From NCBI RefSeq assembly GCF_000025685.1, contig NC_013967.1:870001-902000 (forward strand): 32,000 nucleotides of DNA. Reading direction: 5' to 3'. Of the stretch, positions 23,649 to 32,000 are shown one piece after another. Position 1 is the first letter of the stretch, and every line of letters begins with the position of its first letter. Made by a program: the position numbers and the translations under genes. Origin of the DNA: Haloferax volcanii DS2 (GTDB lineage Archaea; Halobacteriota; Halobacteria; Halobacteriales; Haloferacaceae). The notes below the pieces were generated by a model. That model had not been told where the DNA came from. It made no database searches and worked only from the letters and a program-made list of their open reading frames with translations.

Positions 23649-23909
23649 ATGGTTTATGAAACCATCGCGTTCGCGCTGTTCGCCCTCGTCACCGTGGGTT
23701 GCAGCCTGGGCGTCGTCCTCGTGCGGGACATCTGGCATTCCGCACTCCTGCTCGGGGGCGCGCTCTTGAGCGTCGCGGTGCATTACGTGATGTTGCAGGC
23801 GGAGTTCCTCGCCGCCATGCAGGTCCTCGTCTACGTCGGCGGGGTCCTGATTCTCATCACGTTCGCCGTGATGCTGACGCGTATCAATCCGGAGGTGAGT
23901 AGTACATGA
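23649..23909 (+). CDS. nuoJ1: NADH-quinone oxidoreductase subunit J, N-terminal part
   Basis: 86 aa, 3 TM (…LQAEFLAAMQVLVYVGGVLILITFAVML). Preceded by the SD-like GGAGACAC at 23636-23643. Confidence 0.85.
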   Translation: MVYETIAFALFALVTVGCSLGVVLVRDIWHSALLLGGALLSVAVHYVMLQAEFLAAMQVLVYVGGVLILITFAVMLTRINPEVSST

Positions 23910-24274
23910 CAACCAAACCGCAGCTGAAACTCGGTTCGCACCTCGTGCCCGGACTCGCTGCCGTCGCGCTGTTCGTCGTGATGGCGGTCGTGTTCCTCGG
24001 CGCGTCGTTCCCGAACCCACAGGGGTTCCCGGAGGGAGCAAACATCACCGCGAGCATCGGCTATTCGATGTTCAACCTCGGGTTCGGAAGCGTCGACGGC
24101 GAGAGCATGCTGGTCGCGTTCGAAATCATCGACCTCGTGCTCGTCGCCGCGCTCGCCGGCGCGGTGCTCCTCGCTCGCCGCGAGGACACCACGGGACAGA
24201 TGCGGACCATCCTGACCGACGGCGGTCGGGAGCTCAAGCAGACGCTGTTCGACGACGAGGAGGGTGACAACTGA
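23906..24274 (+). CDS. nuoJ2: NADH-quinone oxidoreductase subunit J, C-terminal part
   Basis: 122 aa, 2 TM (LVPGLAAVALFVVMAVVFL, FEIIDLVLVAALAGAVLLA). ATGA-coupled to nuoJ1. A split J is usual in haloarchaea as far as I recall. Confidence 0.8.
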   Translation: MTTKPQLKLGSHLVPGLAAVALFVVMAVVFLGASFPNPQGFPEGANITASIGYSMFNLGFGSVDGESMLVAFEIIDLVLVAALAGAVLLARREDTTGQMRTILTDGGRELKQTLFDDEEGDN

Positions 24275-24576
24275 TGGTGCCCGCGCAGTACTACCTCGTT
24301 TTGTCGGCCGCCGTGTTCTGCATCGGCATCTTCGGCCTCTTGACCCGTCGGAACGCGCTGTTGTTCCTGATGTCGGTCGAACTGATGCTGAACGCCGCGA
24401 ACATCAACCTCGTCGCGTTCTCCTACTACTGGGGTAACGTGACGGGCCAGACGTTCGGGCTGTTCACGATGGCGCTCGCCGCCGCCGAGGTGGCGGTCGG
24501 TATCGGCATCATCCTCGTACTGTACCGCAACTTCGACGGCGTGGACGTGACCAACGCGACCACGATGAGGTGGTAA
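24274..24576 (+). CDS. nuoK: NADH-quinone oxidoreductase subunit K
   Basis: 100 aa, 3 TM. Signature LMSVELMLNAANINLVAFS with the conserved Glu. Confidence 0.92.
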   Translation: MVPAQYYLVLSAAVFCIGIFGLLTRRNALLFLMSVELMLNAANINLVAFSYYWGNVTGQTFGLFTMALAAAEVAVGIGIILVLYRNFDGVDVTNATTMRW

Positions 24577-24579
24577 TCT

Positions 24580-26616
24580 ATGGCAGGTATCTTAGACTTC
24601 GCTCCGGCCATCGTCCTCCTCCCGTTCCTCTCGTTCCTGATCGCACTCGGGGCGGGACGGTACATGCCGAAGGGAGGCGCGCTGGCGGGTATCGGCGCGA
24701 CGGCGGGCTCGTTCGTCCTGTCCATCGCGACGTTCTTCGCCGTCAGCGGCGGACAGACCTACAACCAACACATCTACACGTGGGCGACCGGCGCCGGCGA
24801 CGCGGTGACGCTCGACTTCGGCCTACTCATCGACCCGCTTTCGTCGATGATGCTCGTCATCGTGACGCTCGTCGCCGTCCTCGTCCACATCTTCAGCCTC
24901 GGCTACATGAACGACGAGGGCGAGACGGGCCTCCCGCGCTACTACGCCGGGCTCGGCCTGTTCACCGCGTCGATGCTGGCGTTCGTCGTGTCCAGCAACC
25001 TCCTCATGGCGTTCATGTTCTTCGAGCTGGTGGGGCTGTGTTCCTACCTGCTCATCGGCTTCTGGTTCCGCCAGGAGGGCCCGCCGAGCGCCGCGAAGAA
25101 GGCGTTCCTCGTCACCCGCTTCGGTGACTACTTCTTCCTCATCGGCGTCGTCGCGGTGTTCGCGACGTTCGGCTCGGCGGCGTTCGCCGGTCCCGAGGCG
25201 TTCCCGGTCCTCGCCGAGGAGGCGCTCCACGGCGAGCACGCGGTCAACACGTTCCTCGGCATGGGCGAACAGGCGTGGTTCACCGTCGTCGGCCTCCTCG
25301 TTCTCGGGGGCGTCGTCGGCAAGTCCGCGCAGTTCCCCCTGCACACGTGGCTTCCGGACGCGATGGAAGGCCCGACCCCCGTCTCCGCGCTCATTCACGC
25401 GGCGACGATGGTTGCCGCGGGTGTCTACCTCGTCGCCCGGATGTACGGTTTCTACGCGCTGACCCCGACGACGCTCGGTATCATCGCGCTCGTGGGCGGC
25501 TTCACGGCCCTCTTCGCCGCGACGATGGGCGTCGTCAAGAAAGAAATCAAGCAGGTGCTCGCGTACTCGACCATCAGCCAGTACGGCTACATGATGCTCG
25601 GGCTCGGCGTCGGCGGCTACGTCGCCTCGACGTTCCACCTGCTCACGCACGCCTTCTTCAAGGCGCTTCTGTTCCTCGGTGCCGGTGCGGTCATCATCGC
25701 GATGCACCACAACGAGAACATGTGGGACATGGGCGGCCTCAAAGACAAGATGCCCGTGACGTACTACGCGTTCCTCTCGGGCTCGCTCGCGCTCGCCGGC
25801 ATCGTTCCGTTCGCCGGCTTCTGGTCGAAAGACGAGATTCTGTACGAGGCGCTCAACCACGGGCTCGGGACCGACGGCGGTCTCGGAACCGTCTTCCTCG
25901 TCGCGTACGCGATGGGGCTCATCGCCGTGTTCTTCACCGGGTTCTACACCTTCCGGATGGTGTTCCTCACCTTCCACGGCGAACCGCGTAGCGACACCGC
26001 GCGCGACCCGCACGGCTTCGGCTGGAACGTCAAGTTCCCGCTCGCCGTCCTCGGCGTGCTCGCGGCCGTCATCGGCCTCGTCAACATGGCTCCGGTGGAG
26101 GACCTCACGGGGATTCACCTCACGTTCCTCCACGACTGGCTCGACGGCGGCATCTCGTCGCTGACCGCGCACCACTACCTCGAAGTGCTCGAAAGCGGCG
26201 TCGGTGCGGGGCTCCACCCGGCCGGAATCGGCTCTATCGCGCCGGGGCTGGTCTCGCTGGCCCTCGCCCTCGCGGGTGCCGGACTCGCCTACCGCCTGTA
26301 CAACGTCCCCGAGCCCGTCGAACACACGGACAAGCTCGGGAGCATCAAGACCGTACTGTACAACAACTACTACCAGGACGAGTACCAGGTCTGGATTGCG
26401 ACCGGCGTCGTCCAGCCCATCTCTCGCGCCCTCGATAAGTTCGACCAGGGCATCGTCGACGGCGTCGTCAACGGTATCTCCAGCGTGAGCCTGTTCGCTG
26501 GCGGTCGCGTCAAGCGCGTCCAGACCGGTGTGGTGAGCAACTACGCGGCGCTCCTCACGCTCGGTCTGACCGCGCTGCTTCTCGGTCTCGGTCTGCTCGG
26601 AGGTTGGTTCGCATGA
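24580..26616 (+). CDS. nuoL: NADH-quinone oxidoreductase subunit L
   Basis: 678 aa antiporter-like subunit (HTWLPDAMEGPTPVSALIHAATMVAAGVYL) with a C-terminal extension consistent with the lateral helix. Confidence 0.95.
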   Translation: MAGILDFAPAIVLLPFLSFLIALGAGRYMPKGGALAGIGATAGSFVLSIATFFAVSGGQTYNQHIYTWATGAGDAVTLDFGLLIDPLSSMMLVIVTLVAVLVHIFSLGYMNDEGETGLPRYYAGLGLFTASMLAFVVSSNLLMAFMFFELVGLCSYLLIGFWFRQEGPPSAAKKAFLVTRFGDYFFLIGVVAVFATFGSAAFAGPEAFPVLAEEALHGEHAVNTFLGMGEQAWFTVVGLLVLGGVVGKSAQFPLHTWLPDAMEGPTPVSALIHAATMVAAGVYLVARMYGFYALTPTTLGIIALVGGFTALFAATMGVVKKEIKQVLAYSTISQYGYMMLGLGVGGYVASTFHLLTHAFFKALLFLGAGAVIIAMHHNENMWDMGGLKDKMPVTYYAFLSGSLALAGIVPFAGFWSKDEILYEALNHGLGTDGGLGTVFLVAYAMGLIAVFFTGFYTFRMVFLTFHGEPRSDTARDPHGFGWNVKFPLAVLGVLAAVIGLVNMAPVEDLTGIHLTFLHDWLDGGISSLTAHHYLEVLESGVGAGLHPAGIGSIAPGLVSLALALAGAGLAYRLYNVPEPVEHTDKLGSIKTVLYNNYYQDEYQVWIATGVVQPISRALDKFDQGIVDGVVNGISSVSLFAGGRVKRVQTGVVSNYAALLTLGLTALLLGLGLLGGWFA

Positions 26617-28142
26617 TAATCGAAGCGCTCATCGCAGTCACGTTCCTCGCCGCGCTGGTCACCTTCGTCCTGCCGGACCGGTACGCCGGCAAGGCGGCCT
26701 TCGCGCTGAGTCTGGCTCCCGTCGTCGGGAGCCTCTACATGTGGCAACAGTACGACGCGAGCGGGAACGCCCTCCTGGGCGGGAACATCGCGTTCGAGAC
26801 AGACATCGCCTGGCTGCAACTCGGCCAGTACGACATTCACTGGATGGTCGGCGTCGACGGCATCAGCATGCCGCTTGTCGTCCTCACGACCGTCCTCACC
26901 ACGCTCGCTATCGTCAGCGCGTGGACGCCCATCTCGGAGCGTCAGTCCCAGTTCTTCGGCCTGATGCTCCTGATGGAGGCGAACCTGCTCGGCGTCTTCA
27001 CGGCGCTCGACTTCTTCGTCTGGTTCATCTTCTGGGAGGCCGTGCTCCTGCCGATGTACTTCCTCATCGGCGTCTGGGGCGGTCCACGCCGCAAGTACGC
27101 GGCGATCAAGTTCTTCGTCTACACGAACATCGCGTCGCTCGTGATGTTCATCGGCTTCATATCGCTCGTGTTCGGTCTCGGCGACTCTATCTCGTCGTTC
27201 CGTCTGCCCGAAATCGCGCAGGCGTTGCAGGCCGGACAGCTCGGGAGCTTCGCGGGACTGTCGGCCGGCGCGCTCGCGTCTGTCGCGTTCGTCGCGATGT
27301 TCTTCGGGTTCGCGGTGAAGGTCCCGGTCGCCCCGCTTCACACGTGGCTGCCGGACGCACACGTCGAGGCCCCCACGCCGGTGTCGGTCATGCTGGCGGG
27401 GGTCCTCCTGAAGATGGGTACGTACGCCCTGCTCCGGTTCAACTTCACGATGCTGCCGGAGACGGCGCGCGCCTTCGCGCTGCCCATCGCCCTGCTCGCC
27501 GTCGCGAGCGTCATCTACGGCGCACTGCTCGCGCTGGCCCAGCAGGACCTCAAGCGCATCGTCGCGTACTCCTCCGTCTCGTCGATGGGGTACGTCATCC
27601 TCGGTCTCATCGCCTACACCACCTACGGCGTCGGTGGTGCGACCTTCCAGATGGTCGCCCACGGCCTCATCTCCGGACTGATGTTCATGGCCGTCGGTGT
27701 CATCTACAACACGACCCACACGCGCATGGTGTCGGACATGTCCGGCATCGCCGACCGGATGCCCGTCACGGCGGGCATCTTCGTCGCCGGCGCGTTCGGC
27801 TACATGGGCCTGCCGCTCATGGCCGGCTTCGCGGCCGAGTTCTTCATCTTCAAGGGCGCGTTCGAGTCCACGGTGATGGAGGCGATGCCGCTGTTCACCG
27901 GCGCCGCGATGTTCGGTATCGTCATCGTCGCCGGCTACCTGCTGTTCGCGATGCAGCGGACGCTGTTCGGACCGTTCCGGTTCGACGGCGACTACGACAT
28001 CACGGAGGCACCGTTCCACGACGTTGCACCCCTCGCGGTGCTGTTGCTTCTGACCATCGTGCTCGGTGTCTCGCCCGACATCTTCTTCACGATGATTCAG
28101 GACGCGGTTAACCCGATTCTCGAACTGGGAGGTGCGTTCTAG
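26613..28142 (+). CDS. nuoM: NADH-quinone oxidoreductase subunit M
   Basis: Antiporter-like subunit (HTWLPDAHVEAPTPVSVMLAGVLLKMGTYALLRF). ATG 26613 forms an ATGA overlap with the nuoL stop. The track start 26604 is GTG. Confidence 0.94.
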   Translation: MIIEALIAVTFLAALVTFVLPDRYAGKAAFALSLAPVVGSLYMWQQYDASGNALLGGNIAFETDIAWLQLGQYDIHWMVGVDGISMPLVVLTTVLTTLAIVSAWTPISERQSQFFGLMLLMEANLLGVFTALDFFVWFIFWEAVLLPMYFLIGVWGGPRRKYAAIKFFVYTNIASLVMFIGFISLVFGLGDSISSFRLPEIAQALQAGQLGSFAGLSAGALASVAFVAMFFGFAVKVPVAPLHTWLPDAHVEAPTPVSVMLAGVLLKMGTYALLRFNFTMLPETARAFALPIALLAVASVIYGALLALAQQDLKRIVAYSSVSSMGYVILGLIAYTTYGVGGATFQMVAHGLISGLMFMAVGVIYNTTHTRMVSDMSGIADRMPVTAGIFVAGAFGYMGLPLMAGFAAEFFIFKGAFESTVMEAMPLFTGAAMFGIVIVAGYLLFAMQRTLFGPFRFDGDYDITEAPFHDVAPLAVLLLLTIVLGVSPDIFFTMIQDAVNPILELGGAF

Positions 28143-29663
28143 ATGACGCCCCTCCAGTCCGCTCCCCAGTGGTTCGCAACGGCTCCCGCCATCGTGCTCG
28201 CGTTGACGGGGCTCGCGCTGCTGCTCATCGACACCATCGACCCCGACTCCACGAACAACGGCCTCCTGGCCGGTACGGCGACGCTCGGCGCGCTCGCTGC
28301 CGGCGGCATCGCCGGTTGGTTCCTCATCGGCGGAACCGGCATGGAGTCCACCGGCGGCGCGATTTCGCTGTACGGCGACGCGCTCGTCGTCGACGGGATG
28401 AGCCTGTTCTTCACGCTCATCTTCACCAGCGTCGCCGCGATGGTCTCGGTCGCCTCGTACGACTACCTCGCGGACCAGCAGTACCAAGGCGAGTTCTACG
28501 CCCTCGTGCTGTTCGCCGCGACCGGCATGACCCTCATGGGGATGTCGAACTCGCTGGCGACCGTCTTCGTCAGCCTCGAACTGGCGTCCCTGCCCTCGTA
28601 CGCGCTCGTCGCGTTCCTCAAGAAGGACCGCGGCAGCATCGAGGCCGGGCTGAAGTACTTCCTCATCGGCGCGCTGTCGTCGGCGGTGTTCGCGTTCGGT
28701 ATCAGCCTCGTGTTCGCCGTCACCGGCTCGCTGGTGCTCCCGGAAATCGCCGCGACGCTCGCTGAGGGCACCGAACTGGTCGGCGTCCTCGGCCTCGGCG
28801 TGCTGATGATTGCCGGCGGCTTCGCGTTCAAGACCGCCTCCGTCCCGTTCCACTTCTGGGCGCCGGAGGCCTACGAGGGCGCGCCAGCGCCTGTGAGCGC
28901 GTTCCTCTCGTCGGCGTCGAAGGCGGCCGGATTCGCCGTCGCCTTCCGCGTGTTCACCGTCGCGTTCCCCCTGGAAACCGTCACCGAAATCGGCGGCGGG
29001 AGCGTCGACTGGTCGCTGCTGTTCGCGGTGCTCGCCGTCGTCACCATGACGCTCGGTAACTTCGCGGCGGCGACGCAGAACAACGTCAAGCGGATGCTCG
29101 CGTACTCCTCTATCGGTCACGCGGGGTACGCGCTCATCGGTCTCGCGGCCATCACCACCGACGGCGGTGCCGCGAACGGTGACGTCCTCGGCGCGAGCAT
29201 GGCTCACCTGTTCGTCTACGGCTTCATGAACACGGGCGCGTTCCTGTTCATCGCCATGGTCGAAAAGTGGGGCCTCGGCCGCACGTTCGAGGACTACAAC
29301 GGTATCGCGTCGAAGGCACCCATCGCCGCCTCGGCGATGACCGTCTTCATGTTCTCGCTCGCGGGGCTTCCGCCGTTCGGCGGCTTCTTCTCGAAGTACG
29401 CCCTGTTCGAGTCGGCCATCGGCTCCGGCTTTTGGTGGCTCGCCGCGGTCGGCGCGGTCAACAGCGCACTGTCGCTGTTCTACTACAGCCGCGTCGTGAA
29501 GGCGATGTGGATCGAGGAGCCGTCGAAGCCCCTCGAAATCGGCAGTCAGCCGGTCGGTCTCTACGTGGCGATCGTCTTCGCCGCGGTGGGGACGGTCCTG
29601 CTCCTGCCCGGTTTCCAGCCCGTCATCGAGACGGCTCAGACCGTCGCCGCCGCGCTCTTCTGA
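28143..29663 (+). CDS. nuoN: NADH-quinone oxidoreductase subunit N
   Basis: 506 aa antiporter-like subunit (PFHFWAPEAYEGAPAPVSAFLSSASKAAGFAV). Its ATG immediately follows the nuoM TAG. Confidence 0.94.
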   Translation: MTPLQSAPQWFATAPAIVLALTGLALLLIDTIDPDSTNNGLLAGTATLGALAAGGIAGWFLIGGTGMESTGGAISLYGDALVVDGMSLFFTLIFTSVAAMVSVASYDYLADQQYQGEFYALVLFAATGMTLMGMSNSLATVFVSLELASLPSYALVAFLKKDRGSIEAGLKYFLIGALSSAVFAFGISLVFAVTGSLVLPEIAATLAEGTELVGVLGLGVLMIAGGFAFKTASVPFHFWAPEAYEGAPAPVSAFLSSASKAAGFAVAFRVFTVAFPLETVTEIGGGSVDWSLLFAVLAVVTMTLGNFAAATQNNVKRMLAYSSIGHAGYALIGLAAITTDGGAANGDVLGASMAHLFVYGFMNTGAFLFIAMVEKWGLGRTFEDYNGIASKAPIAASAMTVFMFSLAGLPPFGGFFSKYALFESAIGSGFWWLAAVGAVNSALSLFYYSRVVKAMWIEEPSKPLEIGSQPVGLYVAIVFAAVGTVLLLPGFQPVIETAQTVAAALF

Positions 29664-29693
29664 GCGTTTCGGCGATTCGGTTCAACTCCGTTC

Positions 29694-29706
29694 GATTTCT
29701 TTTATT
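29694..29706. terminator. T-rich tract (GATTTCTTTTATT) between the convergent nuoN and the small unknown gene
   Basis: The only T-rich run after the nuoN stop (31 nt downstream). It overlaps the stop codon of the convergent gene. Confidence 0.35.
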
Positions 29707-30082
29707 CCCGCAGTAACTCGCCGAGCGCCGACGCCAACTCCTCGGAGCGCCTGAGCGTCAGGCCGTCGGTCGTGACGAACACGCCCTTGTCGTCTGCGGT
29801 CACCCGCGTCAGGTAGCCGTGGTCGAACGCGCGAACGGTGTAGCGGTAGTCACCGAGTTCGGAGCCGCGATAGGCGGTTCGGGCCTGAAACCCGTCGGTC
29901 TCGTGTTCGACGAATCCGGTGAGGTCGGCGTCGGCTTCGAGGTCGTTCCGGAGGTATATCTGCTCGCAGCGGTCGTGCGTGAAGTACGTCACGCTCCTGA
30001 GGTCGTCGCCGACGACGGTTCGACAGGTTCGGACGAACGACTCGGCTCGCGATTCGGGGAGCAGTTGCGTCTCGAGTTCCAT
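29702..30082 (-). CDS. conserved haloarchaeal protein of unknown function
   Basis: 126 aa from ATG 30082 (MELETQLLPESRAESFV...), acidic, strong GC3 bias. The 8-codon extension to ATG 30106 (MAYHYTYT) is GC3-poor. A TATA-like ATATTAT (minus strand, 30110-30116) sits ~31 nt upstream of 30082, so the shorter start is preferred. Confidence 0.65.
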   Translation of the reverse strand: MELETQLLPESRAESFVRTCRTVVGDDLRSVTYFTHDRCEQIYLRNDLEADADLTGFVEHETDGFQARTAYRGSELGDYRYTVRAFDHGYLTRVTADDKGVFVTTDGLTLRRSEELASALGELLRE

Positions 30083-30171
30083 CGTATATGTGTAATGGTA
30101 TGCCATGACATAATATCATCGCTGGATGGGAGGACGGTAGGGTTTTGCGGCCGGAGTTCGACCGTCCGTGT

Positions 30172-31632
30172 ATGGTACGTCGCCTGATTCTCGGCTGCGG
30201 GTCGCTCGGTGGGGGCCTCGTCGGGCAACTCGCCGGCCGCGGCGGGACGGTGACGGTCGTCACCGACCGACAGGGCCGCGCCGAGGACCTCCGCTCGGAC
30301 GGCATCGCCGCGCGAGAGGGCGACCCCGCGGACCCGTCGACCTACCCCGACGAGGTGGACCTCGTCGTCGTCGGCGGCGGACAGTCGCCGCAGAGAAATC
30401 TCGACGCGGCGCGCGCGGCCCGCGACCACTATCCGGACGCGCCGCTCGTCGTCTACCTCGGCGACGACGCCGACCCGTCGGTCCGCGCCGATATCTACGA
30501 CCTCGCCGACGAGGTCATCGACCCGCGCCGAGTGGTCACAGAGCGCATCCTCGACGCCGTCGGCACGTCGCACACCGAGCGGCTGAACCGGCTGATGCGG
30601 GTCCTTCGGAACGTCGACGGCAGGCTCGCGGTCGTGATGCACGACAACCCCGACCCCGACGCCATCGCCGCGGCGCTGGCGCTCCAAGCCATCGCCGAGC
30701 GGGCGGGCGTCGACGCCGACGTGTGTTACTTCGGCGATATCTCTCACCAGGAGAACCGCGCGCTCGTGAACCTCCTCGAACTGGACCTCCGCGTCCTCGA
30801 CGAGGTGCCCGCGGACGACGAGTACGCCGGCTTCGCGCTCGTCGACCACTCCCGGCCGGGCGTCAACGACCGCCTGCCGCCGGAGACGACCATCGACGTC
30901 GTCATCGACCACCACCCGCCGCGCGCGCCGGTCGAGGCGGCGTACGTCGACCTCAGACGCGGCGTCGGCGCGACGAGCACGCTGCTGGCGGAGTATCTCG
31001 AACGGCTCGGTATCGTCCCCGATACGACGGTGGCGACCGCGCTGTTGTTCGGGATTCAGGTCGACACCAACGACTTCACGCGGGAGGTGTCGACCGCCGA
31101 CTTCGAGGCCGCCGCCTTCCTCATCCCGCACGTCGACGTGGACCTGCTCGAACGGGTCGAGACGCCGAGTCTGACCTCCGAGACGATGGAGACGCTCGCG
31201 CGCGCCGTCTCGAACCGCGACGTTCGGGGGAACGTCCTCACGACGAACGTCGGTGACATCCGCGAGCGGGACGCGCTCGCGCAGGCGGCCGACCACCTCC
31301 TCGGGATGGAGGGCGTCGAGGTGACGGTCGTCTACGGCCTGATGGACGGGACGGTCTACGTCTCCGGTCGCGCCCGCGGGGCGCGGGTCGACCTCGGTGA
31401 GGCGTTCCGGGAGGCGCTCGGCTCTATCGGGAGCGCCGGCGGCCACGCCGACATGGCGGGCGCACAGATTCCGCTCGGCATCCTCGACGACGTGGGCGAC
31501 GACTCTCGGGAGTCGCTCGCGACCATCGTCACCGACATCGTCGCCGGACGGGTGTTCGAGACGCTCGAACACGCGACGCCGACGCCGAGTCTGGACACCG
31601 ACGTGGCCTTCGAGTACCCGTTAGATGAGTGA
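30172..31632 (+). CDS. DHH/DHHA1-family phosphoesterase with an N-terminal Rossmann (TrkA-N/RCK_N-like) domain
   Basis: N-terminus ILGCGSLGGGLVGQL (GxGxxG). DHH motifs I-IV (VMHDNPDPDAIAAA, ALVDHS, VIDHHPP, GIQVDTNDF). DHHA1 GGH motif (GSAGGHADMAGAQ). ATG 30172 is preferred over the TTG at 30145. Confidence 0.88.
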   Translation: MVRRLILGCGSLGGGLVGQLAGRGGTVTVVTDRQGRAEDLRSDGIAAREGDPADPSTYPDEVDLVVVGGGQSPQRNLDAARAARDHYPDAPLVVYLGDDADPSVRADIYDLADEVIDPRRVVTERILDAVGTSHTERLNRLMRVLRNVDGRLAVVMHDNPDPDAIAAALALQAIAERAGVDADVCYFGDISHQENRALVNLLELDLRVLDEVPADDEYAGFALVDHSRPGVNDRLPPETTIDVVIDHHPPRAPVEAAYVDLRRGVGATSTLLAEYLERLGIVPDTTVATALLFGIQVDTNDFTREVSTADFEAAAFLIPHVDVDLLERVETPSLTSETMETLARAVSNRDVRGNVLTTNVGDIRERDALAQAADHLLGMEGVEVTVVYGLMDGTVYVSGRARGARVDLGEAFREALGSIGSAGGHADMAGAQIPLGILDDVGDDSRESLATIVTDIVAGRVFETLEHATPTPSLDTDVAFEYPLDE

Positions 31633-31675
31633 GCGCCCACACGTTTTTGCCGACGGTGGCCCTATCAGGTGGGAG

Positions 31676-32000
31676 ATGACTACTAAAGCGACCGTCAAGG
31701 AGTACATGACGCGCGAGGTCCAGACCGTCTCTCCGACCGACACGGTCGCGGACGTCGCCCAACGCATCGCGGAGAGCGACGGACACAACGGGTTCCCCGT
31801 CTGCGACGGACGCAAGGCCGAGGGCTTCGTCACGGCCCGCGATATCCTCCTGTCGGCGGACGACGCGCCCATCGAGACGGTGATGGCGACGGACCTCGTC
31901 GTCGCTCATCCCGAGATGGACGTGAACGACGCCGCCCGCGTCATCCTCCGGTCGGGCATCCAGAAGCTCCCGGTCGTCGACGACGCGGGCAACCTCGTCG
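31676..32000 (+). CDS. CBS-domain pair protein (5' part; continues beyond the window)
   Basis: ATG 31676 is preceded by GGTGGGAG. Open to the window end. Typical CBS pattern (VKEYMTREVQTVSPTDTVADVAQRI...GFPVCD...GFVTARDIL...VMATDLVVAHPEMDVNDAARVIL...KLPVVDD). Lies 43 nt after the DHH gene. Confidence 0.8.
   Translation, partial: MTTKATVKEYMTREVQTVSPTDTVADVAQRIAESDGHNGFPVCDGRKAEGFVTARDILLSADDAPIETVMATDLVVAHPEMDVNDAARVILRSGIQKLPVVDDAGNLV

Noticed and set aside
23649-24274. nuoJ split into two ORFs as a possible frameshift pseudogene
   Set aside because: Both halves are intact, hydrophobic and joined by the same ATGA coupling used elsewhere in the operon. From memory, split nuoJ1/nuoJ2 is the normal haloarchaeal arrangement.
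26541-29207. 888-aa minus-strand ORF across nuoM/nuoN, with similar long antisense ORFs at 15000-16700, 17217-19016, 24823-26325 and 29989-31572
   Set aside because: All lie opposite genes with unambiguous family motifs. They are extremely Arg/Asp/Glu/Gly/His-rich and lack any recognisable domain, so they are shadow ORFs.
1-32000. CRISPR arrays, IS elements, rRNA or tRNA genes anywhere in the window
   Set aside because: Visual scanning of all intergenic regions larger than 40 nt showed no regularly spaced direct repeats, no terminal inverted repeats with a transposase, and no tRNA or rRNA signatures.

Overview
High-GC (~65-72% in coding DNA), acidic-proteome haloarchaeal chromosomal segment. 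The gene order recalls Haloferax, from memory and unverified. I can support 30 protein-coding genes and found no rRNA, tRNA, CRISPR array, transposase or integrase. Left third: a thioredoxin gene, then AMP phosphorylase and ribose-1,5-bisphosphate isomerase of the archaeal AMP-salvage route. Their partner, type III RuBisCO, is separated from them by a 5.4-kb three-gene wedge: an HTH_10 regulator, a stand-alone second copy of fused nuoCD, and a 982-aa chemotaxis transducer. Middle: a short Hel308-family helicase, a low-GC PilA-type pilin, aminotransferase plus ribH, an Agl23-like GT-C membrane protein, and purK-purE. Right half: a tightly coupled nuoA-B-CD-H-I-J1-J2-K-L-M-N complex I operon with no nuoEFG, a small unknown protein, an RCK_N-DHH/DHHA1 phosphoesterase and a CBS-pair protein. 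The most interesting observation is the orphan nuoCD paralogue at 4471-6177. It is intact and monocistronic. It shares nucleotide-perfect tracts of 44-79 nt with the operon copy ~15.9 kb away. The tyrosine I align to the conserved quinone-ligand Tyr is replaced by Trp, followed by a (GGC)4-encoded Gly4. Most of the rest is ordinary core genome. All long antisense ORFs are high-GC shadow frames. Promoter and terminator calls rest only on motif geometry and are low confidence.
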